Program-made: the position numbers and the translations under genes
Shown: piece after piece, positions 34,630-48,700 of the stretch
Numbering within the stretch: the stretch's first letter is position 1
Layout of the letters: each line of letters starts with the position of its first letter
Source of the DNA: Iphione sp. A-MEVVRFRX5
Lineage: Eukaryota
NCBI GenBank assembly: GCA_976226885.1
Contig: OZ320319.1
Coordinates: forward strand, 36,580,001 to 36,644,000
DNA length: 64,000 nucleotides
Direction: 5' to 3'
Notes under the pieces: generated by a model
Databases searched by the model: none
The model's input: only the letters and a program-made list of their open reading frames with translations
What the model was told of the DNA's origin: nothing

Positions 34630-37600
34630 TCTCAATACTCATCATTTTCACTATTCGGGTTTCTTTTCGTTGCATCTGTCACTGACCAGATGGCCTGGAT
34701 TTCCTGTGGTGTGCGGTACAGATACTATTTTACTTCCTGTTCTGGCTTTAAATTCTGATCACCTCTTTCACTGTGGTTACCCCTGCCCTGCACCGTCATC
34801 ACTTTTGGAGAAGGAAGTGCATAGTTTTGGGGATCTTAGACGCCCACACCACATAATGGATCCTACCGCGTGTAGGTAGTCCTTCCCCCACGGACGCACC
34901 CAGCACGTCCTGCTGCTCATCACACAGGACTTTGCAAACACATTGCTCGCAACCTGTTGATTTCCTGCGTGACCTGGTTTGAATATTGTTGTGCAACCAC
35001 TCTGTTACCTCTGTGGTTGCCTTCATAGGGCCTGCAAGTCATTATACTTCCCTTGAATGCGGACGGGTTGGGTCCTCACAACTTTGGATTAGATTCATTT
35101 GAGCACAGAATGACGACTATGGTTCGCTTACTAACCGCACCAACACCTTGATCCTCTGCTTTTTTTCCCCTCTCTGAAATGTCACCGGCCGCCGACATAA
35201 AAGAATTTCGTTAAACCGGCGACGAGAATAAAGATGAAAGAAACGTGACCGGTACCTGTCATCAGCATGCCACGAAAAGAGAAAACGCAATAATGAATCC
35301 ATTTTCAAACACTAAATATGGGCACCTTGTGTTTATGGCGGTTCGTCCGTCAGCCACAAGGGGGGAGTTATTGTCAAGATGCACTCAGAGACTTTTTTTC
35401 AACACTAGGTGGTAGCACAGGAGCTGGCCATGGCCAGACTGTCTCACAGAAGTTGGACAAAAAATCGCAAGCATCATCGCTAGATATCATTAACAACAGC
35501 TGGCGGTAAATCCAAGCTCTGATCGTTCAGGGGAGAATAAGTAGCCGTGGGCCTGTTTTGATGTAGAAATACTTGACTAGTACATGTAGTTAAATACATA
35601 TCCTTCTGTTGTGCGCTACGGTTGGCGATGGATTTCTTTTTATTTCGTTGATAAATGCCACTCTTAAATGGTCCGTTTTATATCTTTACCATGTAAATAA
35701 GTTCGTGCGCCAGCGGTAGAAGATAATATTGTACATAACCTTTTTCCCCAGCAGCATAACTCAAAATACCCAGTCTGATAAACGGGTAGATCCGAACCTC
35801 AATTTCCCTCTCCGGCCTGAGGCTCGCATTAAACTCAGCTTACATTAGAGATATTGCCCGGACTCTCACCCCGCCCTCTCCCACTGCCTTCCACTCGGGT
35901 AATCCTGACACGATTTACTCGGTAGTGCCTTCAACAACACCAGGGGGCTCCGGTGCAGCTAATAAATTGCCACTAGGGGAAGATGGGGCGCTGTTGCATG
36001 CAGATAACCGTCCCGGACGCTCCATTGCTGGCGAGAAGTGAGCCGGGCTCGAGGCAGTTAGACGCTGTGTCCGAGAACTAAACGGTGATGGTATCGGTCA
36101 GGCCATCTGCACTGTGCAGTTCTCCTGCCTCCGGCTGTCACCTTCCTAACCGTTACAGCCGGTCATCAGCTACTGTGGCTTTTCAGACGGCCTTGGTTCT
36201 CCGATCATTCTCTAGCGGTTCCTCATGCTTTAGCTCCGGTTATACATGTAGTTACTTTGACGGGAGATGGGAAATGTTTGTCACATTGCTTGGACATAAA
36301 TTTCATCATGATGTAATAAATATACACTGGGTGCTGTATGTCAATATGGGTCTCTTTCTCCTTTCTTTCTGCAGATAGATTAGGACTGTTTTCTGTGATC
36401 CGACTCCCACTTTGTCTTCAGTGCTTATGGGCAAACGATTTTCTCTTTGTAGGACAAAGTAGAGCAGCCAGATTTTATATCGCATCTCGATGCTCATACA
36501 AAGAGTTCTTCCAGTGAAATTCAGCTTAAATCTGAAAAAAAGAGAATGAGAAAAATAAATCAAAATTAGAGAAAAAGATAAGGTATTCTCTTGGCCTTGT
36601 AAAGTCAATATCTTTAAAATTTGGGTACTGTGAATATTTCATTCCAATATGTCACTCCTATGTAGCAGAAAGGCCGTAGATACAGCATAGACGGTATTTC
36701 AAAAGTGGCAAAATGAATGCCTTAATTGAACATGTTCACTTTGTCATTGGGTGGAAGAATATCTGTAATTTTTTATTGAAAATGACCTCTTATCCTGCTC
36801 TTTCTCTAGTTTCATTTGTCATTGAAAGCCACCGTAATAAGGCATTTAAAGTACAGTACACTCCCAAACCTTGACTAGTTTCTTATCTCCACAGGTTAAG
36901 TCTAGTTCAAAGCGTTTGCTATTCCGAAAGGATATCTATACTATCTTACTTTCAGTCAACAGTAGACAATTCAGTCGGATATAAGATAACATAATAGAAG
37001 GGATTCCAATTTATGTCTTCTGTCCCTTTACCGATTGTAATAGGTCATTGAAGACTTCCTGCCTCGCCTTGTCGTATATAATAACGGACCTTTGTCAGGT
37101 CACTAAGTCTTGTCCACACTGCGTCGAAGGATATAGGAGCCGTCCACGTCTCAGGCCAGTTCACAAAAACAGACGAAGTTCTTAAAATATAACAGGAACA
37201 GCAGCATGCTCACTCATGGTGCACATCCATTAAAAGGAAGCTGTGAATAAAAGGTTCGCATACAAGGCGCTTTGCTTCGAAGTCATATCCGAGACTAGGA
37301 TAATCACGTGACTAAAAACATCGCCATTTATAATCTGTAACTCATAGAATTAGTCTTTCATACAGATTTCGATACAACTTCTCCCTTTTGAGTTTCTCCC
37401 ATTCCCAGCAATGTGTGTTTGTAAAAAGGTGCTGTGGTGGATGATAATTAGTCCATTGTTAACTTTCTTGCCATGATCTAGTATCAGATTTCCTTCTTGT
37501 ATCGCATGTCGTTTTAATCACACGCTGCACGTACTTTTTCTGTGCAAAGGCAAACGACTTTTCCCAAAAGGATGTACATACGTAGTTTTCAGCTAGATTT

Positions 37601-39699
37601 GAGACAAGAACATGGAAAAGATATTTTAAGGCTTTTCCTGTCTATTTCTAGGCTAAGTAGAGTAGATGTAGAGTCGTTACATGCCCAATAGATGCGGTTC
37701 AAACAAACTACATATAAATACAAATCGACTTTACGGACAAAGTTGAAATTCACTGGGGCCCGATTGGACGCCGATAGTTCATTAATTTACCCAACCCTTC
37801 CAAACTACTCTTTTATCATGGATAATGTAGTTAACTACTCAGGGCGTGGAGCCTAATTACCAAAGACTTAAAGATCATGACAATCATTAGGCTGTAATTC
37901 AAGATGTTTGATATTGTCGCAAACATTGAGCGACGTTTCAAAGCTATAAATGACGCTTTATGGCAGCCAACTTCACTGGGGACGAAATTGATGGCAGGCG
38001 GTAGGGACGGTCAATGGAATTGTTAGTGTCTAAAGTCCTTGGTTTCGAAAGTCCTTGGATTCGAACCATCCGCCCCAAGCATTGGAGCCTCCGGCTATTG
38101 ATTTATCAGATCCCAATGATGCCTGCAGGCATGCATACATGAGATGGCTAATTTGACTTCTGTAATTAATGCCATCAAGCATGCTTTGGACTTGGTACTT
38201 ACATGTATACCATTGGCCGTTCAATTGAAACGCCACTTGCAGCAATCACAGACCATGTCCTGATCAGCTGGTATTCTGGAGAAATATTTATGTTGATATA
38301 CACGTATATCTAATGTTTTCCTGAAGGAACAACCTTTGCCCGACAATATTGATTATCTGCTGGATGTGATTTTATCAACACAAAGACAAAGTGCCATCTT
38401 CTATGCTTATCTGCATGTATTCGATTTTCGTATCTTATGAACTCATTCTTGCTCCAGGGAATGCAACGCATGAGCTAATAACAAGAACAAAAGCCCCAAA
38501 GCTACTATTTCTGTAATACTTAAATGGTAGATCAATTTTCAAAGCGGCACGGAGTAAGAGAAGACAATGATTTCTTTCAATGATGAAAAAAGAGAGCAGA
38601 TTTTCTTCGGAATCCAGTACTATGGCAAACTTTGTACAATGCACAAGCCTCCAAGATAATGTTGCTGCCTGTATTTTTACGAGAAACGAAACGCTCTAAT
38701 GTATCAAGAGTTTCCTACTGCTAGCGCCTTGATGCATCACACAGACGAAGGCGGAATGTTGTCTCCGAGGATAATGATTAAAGCAGTAACATGGGAGAAA
38801 GCTGACCGATTTCACTGCCTTTGTAAATCTGATAGAAGAACCATCCAACCAGAAGAGAAAAAGGGACAGCCGTCTAACAGCCAGACCAAGATAACGGAAA
38901 CGAGCGTCACCCCTATCCATCATGTTGTACGGTCCTTCTGCTGAAAATAATTGAGCAGAAAACCCATATACCAGGATATTGAAGTATCTTGCTTTCGTTG
39001 AAGAAGAAGACATGATATGTAATTCCTTTCTTACTGTCTGAAACAGAAATGATTTTCTTTAACTTACCAGGAAAGCCACTATGTCTCCGGATTTACGAAA
39101 ATACTGATCGCCGTCGCATACTAATTACGTTTTTTAGTATTTAAAATGGAATTACATGTAATGAAGATTTTCAGTAGTCAGGCTGAAAAACATAATTTTG
39201 AAAGGGGCAGATGTGTCCATCGATACGGGGAAAGGGTGGACAAAAATGAGACAAGGACAGGCAGATACGTTTATAAATACACGGTAGATGGATAGAGACC
39301 GCGATCCATATCCCTCAATAGATTTTCGTGTAAGACTTAACAGTCAATAGTTGCACATTCTCAGGCACTACCGTTTGAACACCATATATCTAGATGACAG
39401 TACATAAATGTAGCATTTAAGAATAGCCAACTTACCTTTTCGTTTAGTCGGCACTAATAATGAATAAAAGCTTATTTGAATAGGCTTATATTTATGGTCA
39501 TTTATAATATTGACGATGCCAGTTATATCTAATGTACAGTTATAGCTAAATGTACATCCTCCAGAAAAGATTTCTATTTAGACGGTCTCAACTGGAATAG
39601 TTAATGCAGGCAGGGTTGGTTTGTCTCATTAGTTTGCTACTCATTTTTGCTGGACGGGCAACAATAGTTGCGATTTAGATCTAGTAAAAGCAAAGATAC

Positions 39700-39815
39700 T
39701 TTTTTGTCCTCCACCCGTTAGAGGGGGGAAGCTATGGAAATATTCCGACCGACCGTTTGACCGTTTGACCCTCCATCACGATCTTGTGGGTCTACCTCCT
39801 CCTGAATCATTGTAT
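39700..39815 (+). mobile_element. Possible HINE/DINE-like 5' fragment
   Basis: TTTTTTGTCCTCC...GAGGGGGG-GCTATGGAAAT, then degenerate CCGA/CCGT repeats and cttgtgggtct..ctcctcctgaa. Confidence 0.4.
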
Positions 39816-42800
39816 TAAATGCTATGATGTTGTACTACATGTATTATGTTTTCCCATATGGCCTCTTGCTACTGTCTTATTCTTTCTATAATTCTGAATG
39901 ATTTAAATGTGAAATTAATGTGTTTGAATGTGTGGTTACACACACAGACACACACAATGTCAGGACATGAAGCTACATCATTGCATTCATTATCTAATTT
40001 AATAACCAAGTAAAACTTTTAAATACTTTTGTAATTCGTTTATCAAGCGGATCCCTCACCGTTCATGCATGATCTGTACGACTCACCCAGGAGACTCGAA
40101 CGTTTCTCCCAAAGGAGATGCAGTTTATAGTCAGCCATCGCAAAACAGACAAGAACAACATAATAGTATAGGCATGCTCAGATAATAGAGAGGATCGATG
40201 AAAGCAACTATGGATTAGTTCACCAGTACGCCTCTACACGGCTAGGAGGGCCGGTAGTCGTAAGCTGCAGAAAGTTTACGTTCTATCCGGTCCGAACCAC
40301 ACCCGGAATCCCCCCATCAGGACTAAATCGAACACGGATCGCCTAATCTTCTAGTCCTCTTTCCGCGTTTGTGGTTTTAGGGTGGTGGATTCAATAATCT
40401 CCAATCCCATAACTTTCTCCTGGTGGGGGAGTTCCTGTTTTCACCATATCCAGGATATATCTCGATGACATCAATCTTCCCTTCTCACTCTACTGATCGC
40501 TAGCAAACTGGCTGCCTTCTTATATGACCTGCCACTTTAAAAATACACTCTCCCTCATTCTACAAGGCCGTCATACATTTCGCAATCAAGGAGAATTCGG
40601 ATGCTGGTGCTTATTTGGCTCCCGGGTAACATTAATGTGGCAAAAAACACATACCGTTAGCATTGAAAAGAATTGAAACGTGTCGTAATATATGCACATG
40701 TAGCGTATTAAATTTCGGCTGAATCCATACCCAGTGAGAAATAAGCCTAGCATGGCCCGGATCTATTGCTATTAGAAAGACCTGGACGAGAAGGAAATAA
40801 TATTTAGTAGGTTGCTAAAAATGGGTGATGGATGCGCCTGCTATTATAGAAGGAAGGGAGCTATTTACAATGCAAAAGCTACATTTCCGCCTATCAAAGC
40901 ATATCTCCCGTTTCCTTCGTCAAAGTAACAGTAGTCTTTTCAGGTGGAGGTGGACTTTGTTCCCGTAATACTGGCAAAGGATAGATCTGCAGTACTATGA
41001 GTCGTATTTTTTCTGCGTAAAGATTGCGTTAGCCGTGAAGTCTACATAGGATACATCGATGACAGTATTCTAAGTATACCAGAACTGAAATAAAAATTGT
41101 GAATAAATAGGAAACTCCAAGGTGGTAGCTGTGGGATTCAGCATTCATGGCTGTGAATGGTCGACATATATTGACAAAGTCTCAAATGGACGCCGTCCCC
41201 AGAGACTTGAGACAATTTCATGCATGCACAGGCCACGTGTTTGTATTCCGGTCTAGGCAAGGGACGATGGGGTGGCTGCTGCTGCCTGTCTGTCGGGGAA
41301 AACCATGGCATGCCCAGCCGTGCCCCACCGGCCGCTGTTCTATACAGATTCATTCATACACACTGCAGCCAATCGCCTGCATCAGCTAGCCTCCTTCCTT
41401 CTCCCCCTCCCCCCACACAGGGAGCTCAATATACACCGTATATTCTACACATTCTTCTAGACTGTACAGCTGTGCAGAAGTGCCAGTATATTTGGCGGTT
41501 GTCGATATTGAAATCCACCAATTAACCTTACGACAAAAGTAAACTTGGATAAATGCCTGGTCGTTGCACCTGTAGTCGAGACAGTCCTTTGTAGGTTGGA
41601 GTCAGACAGTGAGTGTGCGTAGTCTGTCTATGGCCTAGGGTCTATCTTTAAGGCTTTGATTGCCATATTATATATCTACAGGGTTCTTTGCAAGACTCGC
41701 TACAAATGTATTTGGATATACATGGAGCACCCAGTTCCTCAAGCACTGACAGATTATTCAGGACATCTTTTGGATCCAGTCGCACCTTGAACCAGCCGAC
41801 CAGAAATTTAGCGGTGAAATGACGTGTTGACAGCCGCCAGTGTATCAAGCAGGAAGGTAACCGGACCTAGGGAAACCAAGTCTCTGCGCCCGTTGTCCAA
41901 GGACAGTGGTCCGTCTCTGACCTCACTGCCCCTGACTGCACCCATTGCTTTGTGCCCATGGTTGACGGGTAATGACGTTCATCATATCGATAGTAATGAA
42001 GCCGGTAGTAATGATGGATATAATGACGGCAATGTCGATTGTAGATAATTACGCTTCCAGGGATGATAGATGGCAGCATTGGGGCCTTCAATTTGCTTTC
42101 ATTACTGCAGCACTGTTCAACGACCAGCATCAAGGACTGTGCAGCGTATGCTGAATGGTTCCTGCTCGTCATCGTAGTATTTGCCAACCCATAACTTAAC
42201 ATCTCTAAAAACCCAGGGGAATTGCAGTGCCTGACCTTGCTGGAACAGACCCAGGAATGTATCTTCAGCGGTAAAAAGACCCCTGAAGCCTATGCCTTAA
42301 AGGCTTAGCATAGCATACTCAGTATAGAACATGCCCTCCATACCCAGTACCACCCAAATACCGAGCTGCGCGGCTGAAGCCCACCGCTGGCCGCTGCGAA
42401 TGAATGCTGTACCGAGTTCCAACTTGGGTCGCTGCTTGGCGCCACTGAGTCCTCCTCAGCAGTACGGGCAGCTGCTTTGGGTGTATGCTGGTCGCGGCCT
42501 TGCCGTTCTATCGGCGTGTTGTGCTGCTGTTTCTTCTGCTGCTTGTACAGGCGAGCGCTGCTGCGCCTGACGCCGCTGCTGCTACAGCTATTGCTGCCAC
42601 TGGCGCCACCACCGCCGCTGGTGTGGAAGTGATGAGCTAGGCCGGAGCTGGTGGCGGCCGCTAACGCAATCGGTATCGGGCCTTCGAGACGAGAACACCT
42701 TTCCTACGCCCACAAGAGCGGCCGTCGCGGCTGACCCAGCTGGACCACCAAGGTGACCTGACCACCACCTACCGACCGGACAGACACTGATATCTACCGG

Positions 42801-45727
42801 GCACGCAGGTCCGGGGCCCGGCCCCCGTCCACCTCTCCCTCTCTCTCCTTCTCCTCTGCTCTCTCCCATCTTCCCTTCTTTTCCACCGAGCCGGGACCAA
42901 GTATTTGTGTACATCACTTGACCGAACATACGCACACGGGGGCCGGCCACAATGAGGTTCGATTGGACTCGACTTTAGGCCATCGCTGCCAGGCCTTTTT
43001 GTCGGGCCCGTCCTGCTCGCCGACTGGGACCGTCGCCAGCCGCGGCACCCGCCGGGAGCAGCGGCGGGAAGGTCCGGCAACACGGGCTTCCCGCTCTCCA
43101 CCTCCACCAGCCAGAGCAGGAGACTCACCAATACAGCCTGTCCGGATCGTTAAGGGCAGATTGTACCAGGCGTCGAGCTGCTCGCATAACCTGCTCATTA
43201 GAGACGGTGTGGGACCATAGTCACTGTGGCATCAAGACAGCGATGGTAGGCATTGCGGGAGCCTGAAGATCATAATCACCGACCAGGTGCAACACAACCA
43301 AGGGTACAGCACACTGACAGAACATCACCCATGCTTAGAGTCGATCTCCTAGGGACCAGAATACAAGGAGCCGCGTGTTGTACAGCCAGCGCCGCATACA
43401 CCCACGCCGCAAGCCTGCAGCCAGATAACCGGGAGCTTCTAACCATCGTAATCTAGCCTGGTAATACTCAACGAGAGGAGAACAATTCCATTCTAAGGGG
43501 CGTATTGTCGCAACGCGAAGGCATCCTCAAATGTTTGTGTAATCAACGGAAGGAGAGGAGGGAACACGCACTATTCGTCATCGAAAAGACAGGTACATAA
43601 GAACAGTGTGCACTTTAATATAGGAACGCTTTCAAGCCCTTGCGAGGTCAAAGATGTAACGACGCTGGGAGGGACAGGCCATAAATTCTGTTTAGTGCTA
43701 CTAAGCCTACCGTAGGGTTGCTGTCTGTCCTGGCTGTCGGAGCAGACAACACGTCGTGGGAAGCAGTCACAGCCGGTGCTCCCCTCAGGAAGGGAGAGAG
43801 TCGTCATCTCCAGGACGTGTATACCGTTCCCAGTCTAACAGCTGATCGGTCACAGAGTGAGCAACTCGAGGGTGTATGCCAGCCGTGAGAGCAGAACGGT
43901 GAAGTGCACAAATATCCATCAATACATTCGATGAGGAATATAAGCGACACAGGCCCTCTGTTTACTATATCAAGCAAATATCAGAAGAATATATTGGAGG
44001 AAGTAAATGAAGATCAAGAAGTATTCACATCCAAAAAGAGAGCAAGTAGTTACATCCACTCAAAGTCCCTATTCGCTTTAGAAATTAGCTGCTCAGCTAG
44101 TTTCAGGCCTGCCATTCAGCAAGTCCGGAGGCTTAGCTAACTTGATCCACTGAGGAGATCAGCGATAGGAAGCAAACAGGGCAGACCCATGAAGTCCCTA
44201 GGGGATAATCCAGAAACTCTCCACTAACACGCAGGGATCGAGTCATCGACCAGCTCCACATAAGCATATTAACTGTAATCCAAAACGACTGCCATTGTCA
44301 CGAATGGTAGAGTTGGAGTGAACAGCGAAGACCTATACCATCAGAAGCATTTAACCTGCAACCAAGGAGGAGGAGGAACCAGGAAGCAAGACGCCTTTCA
44401 TTGAAGAGGTGCTCATCAAGGAGTGCTACATTTCACAGCGTATGGTCAGTGTAAAGAATGTCGGAATTGTCTGTGTGTCTTAACTGTCACGTTGCTCGAT
44501 TTGTCAACTTTGCCTCCAAGGAGAAGATTTTATGTCATGATCATCATAACTAATGAACAGACTACGCAACTTCTTATACGAAGGCCCTCGTTTAGCTGAT
44601 CGTTTTGCAGCTGCTATATTAAGAGAAAAGATGCAGGCTGTCAGACACTGAAGTATGTGGCTGCAATAGGCCATATTTATTATATTTGTAAGGCTTCTTT
44701 GTTAACTCGCAGACACGTCCTGCAGAAGACTGTGTATTTACTCGCTACCAAGGCATGCAATAATCTAACGAAGATGCTAACATAAGTAACGACCGGGTAA
44801 AGAAGACGGGAATTTCACCATTGAGTTCAGCACGCAACTGCGGCCTCAGATAAGATATATTTTTGATACCGAACACCGAGAGGGCAGAAACCAGAAATGC
44901 ATTAAAGTCTCAACTCTTTCAAGAGACAGTATCTGCTGGGCACGAAATAACCAAAGCAAACGACTTAACAAACAACCTTTCAGAGAGGGAGTGAAAGGCA
45001 ACGACAACTATATCAGCTATTGGGAAGATTGTTGCAGTTGTTTGCTGATATTGTGTTGTTATGCAGACGATCTGAAAAGAGGTGGACCAAAGAAATCGCA
45101 TCACTCTAAGGAAAACAAGAAAGACCCACAGATTCTCAACGTAAAATTCTTTACCAAGAAGAAGGCCAACGGGCCAGGTGGTCAGTAGCCGCGACAGGTG
45201 TTTTTGCCGAAAGCTGTATGAGCACTGAAGGAAGACAACCGGCCTCTTGGGTAGAACCGAGAAGGGCAGTAGAGTTAAGCAGTCGCATCTAATCACTGAC
45301 AGGTGCACGCGGCACGGTCAGGAGCAGCAGGAGTACACTACAAAGCAAGCGACTGCCAGGGGATCAAACACAAAGGGGCAAACATACCAAACGGGACGGA
45401 GCACCAAAAAACCCACAGGGTTAGTGGTTGCTCAGTGTTACGGTTCAAACATATCAGGGGGGATAGTCGAACTATTCATTTATTAAAGGGGTAATTGTAC
45501 TACATAGAGACCAATGGTAAACGGGTGGCCTTTCCCTTCATGTGGATTGGTCCACCGGTAGCCCATCTATCGCCAAGATAGACCGGCTAGTGCGCACGGG
45601 GTTGTACACCAAACTTCTTCTCACGCCGAGCACGCACACAGCACCAGTCAAGCTGGGGCTCACCAGCTCCGCGTCCGAGACGGGGGACAGTGACGACGGG
45701 CGCCAGGGGACCACCACCAGCACCGCC

Positions 45728-45769
45728 ATGAGCATGATGCCATGTCTGCGCTGGAAGCGACGGGACGAG
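45728..45769 (+). CDS. Candidate alternative first coding exon (MSMMPCLRWKRRDE)
   Basis: accgccATG start, 14 codons, donor GAG|GTAAGC (phase 0), in a GC-rich island. No homology recognised. Confidence 0.35.
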
Positions 45770-48700
45770 GTAAGCTATCTCCGCACCCCTCCACCACACG
45801 CACCCTAACGCGCGCTGAATTCAGAGCACTCCAGTACTCTGTCCGTGGTACAGTGACCCTCCCGTACTCCCCGCGAGAGGGGAAAGGAAGGAGAAGGGGG
45901 GGGGGATTGGATGGATAGGTGAGGTTCTTTGATGATGTACTCGCGGTAGTCTGTCCGCGAATAGACAAGCTTGCCAAAGCATGTTGATCTGAAAGCGACC
46001 TGTATGGGCGTATTTACTAGAACGGCGCCCCATCGTTAGGTACAGGTACATATACTTTAGATAAATGAAAGGGTGTCTCCTTGCTGAACGTTATCTGCAC
46101 CTATACTTAGAGATGTATACATCATATGTTTCTATTGCATTCAGTACGATTAATGAAGGATTCTTGTAACCTAACCGCCAAATAGACGACCACACCATTT
46201 TAGGAACATGCCATTTTATTGGTGACCGCAGTAGGTGGTGCCCTGACTTTGATAAAAACAAGTGGTACATTTTAAGCTCACTCACATGTAGCCTACTGAA
46301 GTGTGCTCTCTGAGGAAGGATTAAATGTATAAAGGCGCTTAGTATCTTGTTTTAAGAAAAGAAATGTAATTTGCAGTCCAGGAGTAGGAAATTACTGATG
46401 AATTGCTCAGCAAGACACAGTAGAAGAGATTTCCAAAGCAGCTCTTTTTATTTCAAATTGATCCATGCCTTAACTCGATTGCTCAAGGTGGCAGATTCGT
46501 ATGTCACAGAATAACTCGTCTGTAGGATTTAGCAGACAGTCGGTATAAGTATCATTGGAGAGTGTTAGATGGCATAAGACCGAAGACTGTCTACAACTTA
46601 GAAGTACATGTACAATACTTTGCTAACGATGTCCTCAGGTGAATGGTGATTGGTAGTAAATAACATTTTATAACAGTTGTTAAATAGTGATTAGATTGAG
46701 CTGTTACCGTGGTAGTCGTTTATACAGGCATGGAATAATAACTGCTCCAGCAGAACTAATTTGCAAGCAGAAGCATTCACTAAACTCTCTCGGGAATTGG
46801 CTATAGACAGACAGTCATGTATTCCATCAGGAACGCCCTCGGGGGTAGCCCCGTACCGTTAGTGGTAGACAGTCTAATTGCACCTGCTCCTTAGCTGCTG
46901 CCCTCGTCCGTTATACCCAGTTAGTTGGTACTTGGCGCCAGGCACAACTATTTACACCACACTTTAGCAGCCCATTGTTATTGGTTATATGTCGCCATAA
47001 GGCTTCACGTCCGTCGTGATAACGGCGTTAGGACCCACTGTCTAGTCGTATTTCTTAACCAAGTTGAGTCGGGGCCATCCTACGAGCAGTTGCAGGACTG
47101 ACCCCTGTGGTCATGGCGAGGACTGCAGGGCGAGCCGGGCCCGGTCGTAAAGCCGCTGAGTAAATCAGCCACAGGCAAGATTGTAGCAGTGATTTGATGG
47201 CGGAATCAAGGATAGTTAGTATACCAGGCGACTGAGCGCTGCTCTGAATGTCCTGTCCGGCGGACGCGTACAAGAGAAACACTTCTCCGCAGGATTAATT
47301 CTGTTTTCTGTGTCCTGCACGCGAAGGGAATGCCGGAGTTTTATTCGCGGCAAAATGGCGATGTCCATGTATGTGGTACGATATATCGCACCTGATCCGA
47401 AGGACATTTGCTTTGTTGTTTTAATCAGGTGTGCAATTCGAACGAATACCATTTGGGATTCCCCATGCAGCCTAGGCAATCCCACTAATTGACATTTTGT
47501 AACGAGAATTTGCCACGGGCCGGCTGAGCAATCAAGTTAACCCATCGATGAGCAGCATTACTAAGAAACTAGACCCACTGGAGGTGCTCTTTGGCTGTTA
47601 ATCAGTCCCAGTGTGCGGTGTTGTGGAGGTTTTATAAGGTCAGAGGCAAATTTTTAAGTAGGGCGTTCTAGATGTTTACATTTCCCATGTTCCAGTATCC
47701 GCCTCGTTACGTGTACATGTATATCTTTGTCAGATCTTTGAATGATCTCACTCATGCTGCTTCGAAACGCAACTTTGACGGCAGCATCTTGACCTTGCTT
47801 TAAGATATTTGTTTTTATTATTATGTTGTATCTGGGTCCGTGAGCCGTGGGTATGTGACTCGCTTAACGAAACAATGTACCTGTGTCCAAATGTTTCTTA
47901 ATAAACGCAGGAGTTCTGCCTCTAGATACAGTAAATAGCGACATTTTACGGGTTATTTTTAGAAGTATGCTGGTCAGCCCGGAGTAGGAATGGCCCTCAA
48001 GGAAATGGCACGATCAAATACCATACATTCGTTATGCTGTATTAACGATCCACCGTCTCGCCCATAGCTTCCAGGGCCCTCCTCTTAAGACCTTTCTTGA
48101 AGGTGGTTCTTCTGAGGCGGCCACCACAAAGGCCAATTAGTAAACCAGGATGGGATGCCTCTTAGAAATCGAAGTGACCGCTTGCAACTAGACACCATCG
48201 TTTGAGATGTTCAAAACACGGCTGAGCAAGCGGTGAGATCTGACTTGGGCACAAAATGTCACGCTGGCCTTTGATATCAGCGACGAGACTGCCGGACAGC
48301 AAGAAGGCTCTCCTTGCTCTAAGCACGCCCTTCTCTGTAAGTAGGCTGCCAGCAACCGCTGGACAGGGCCGAGGTTAATCGACCTCCTGGCTTCATCAGG
48401 AAGTGTATTTTATTCGATAGGACGCCGACCAAGGAGGACCTGTCCAGCCGCTGCATCAGAATTTCCATTTGTTACTTTCCCAGGCAAGTCCGCCTGCTGG
48501 AATGGCCGCCAGGCCATATGACTCAGCGACATCTGACGGTGGTGGTAATTTCCGGAAGTATACATATAATCTGGAAAAAAAGGGTATAAAAACACGAATG
48601 GTTGATATCTTGGATAAAGCACAAACCTAAACAACAAGCAATTACAGAGTGTCATTTCCAATCTTGCTTGGTTCAAAACCGGCTCATGGGTCCGTCCCAT

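Noticed and set aside
38050-38110. Perfect tRNA B-box (GGTTCGAATCC) on the minus strand
   Set aside because: No convincing A-box or cloverleaf, so it cannot be called a tRNA or SINE.
44991-45188. YADD motif in a 65-aa ORF
   Set aside because: No other RT motifs around it; chance occurrence.
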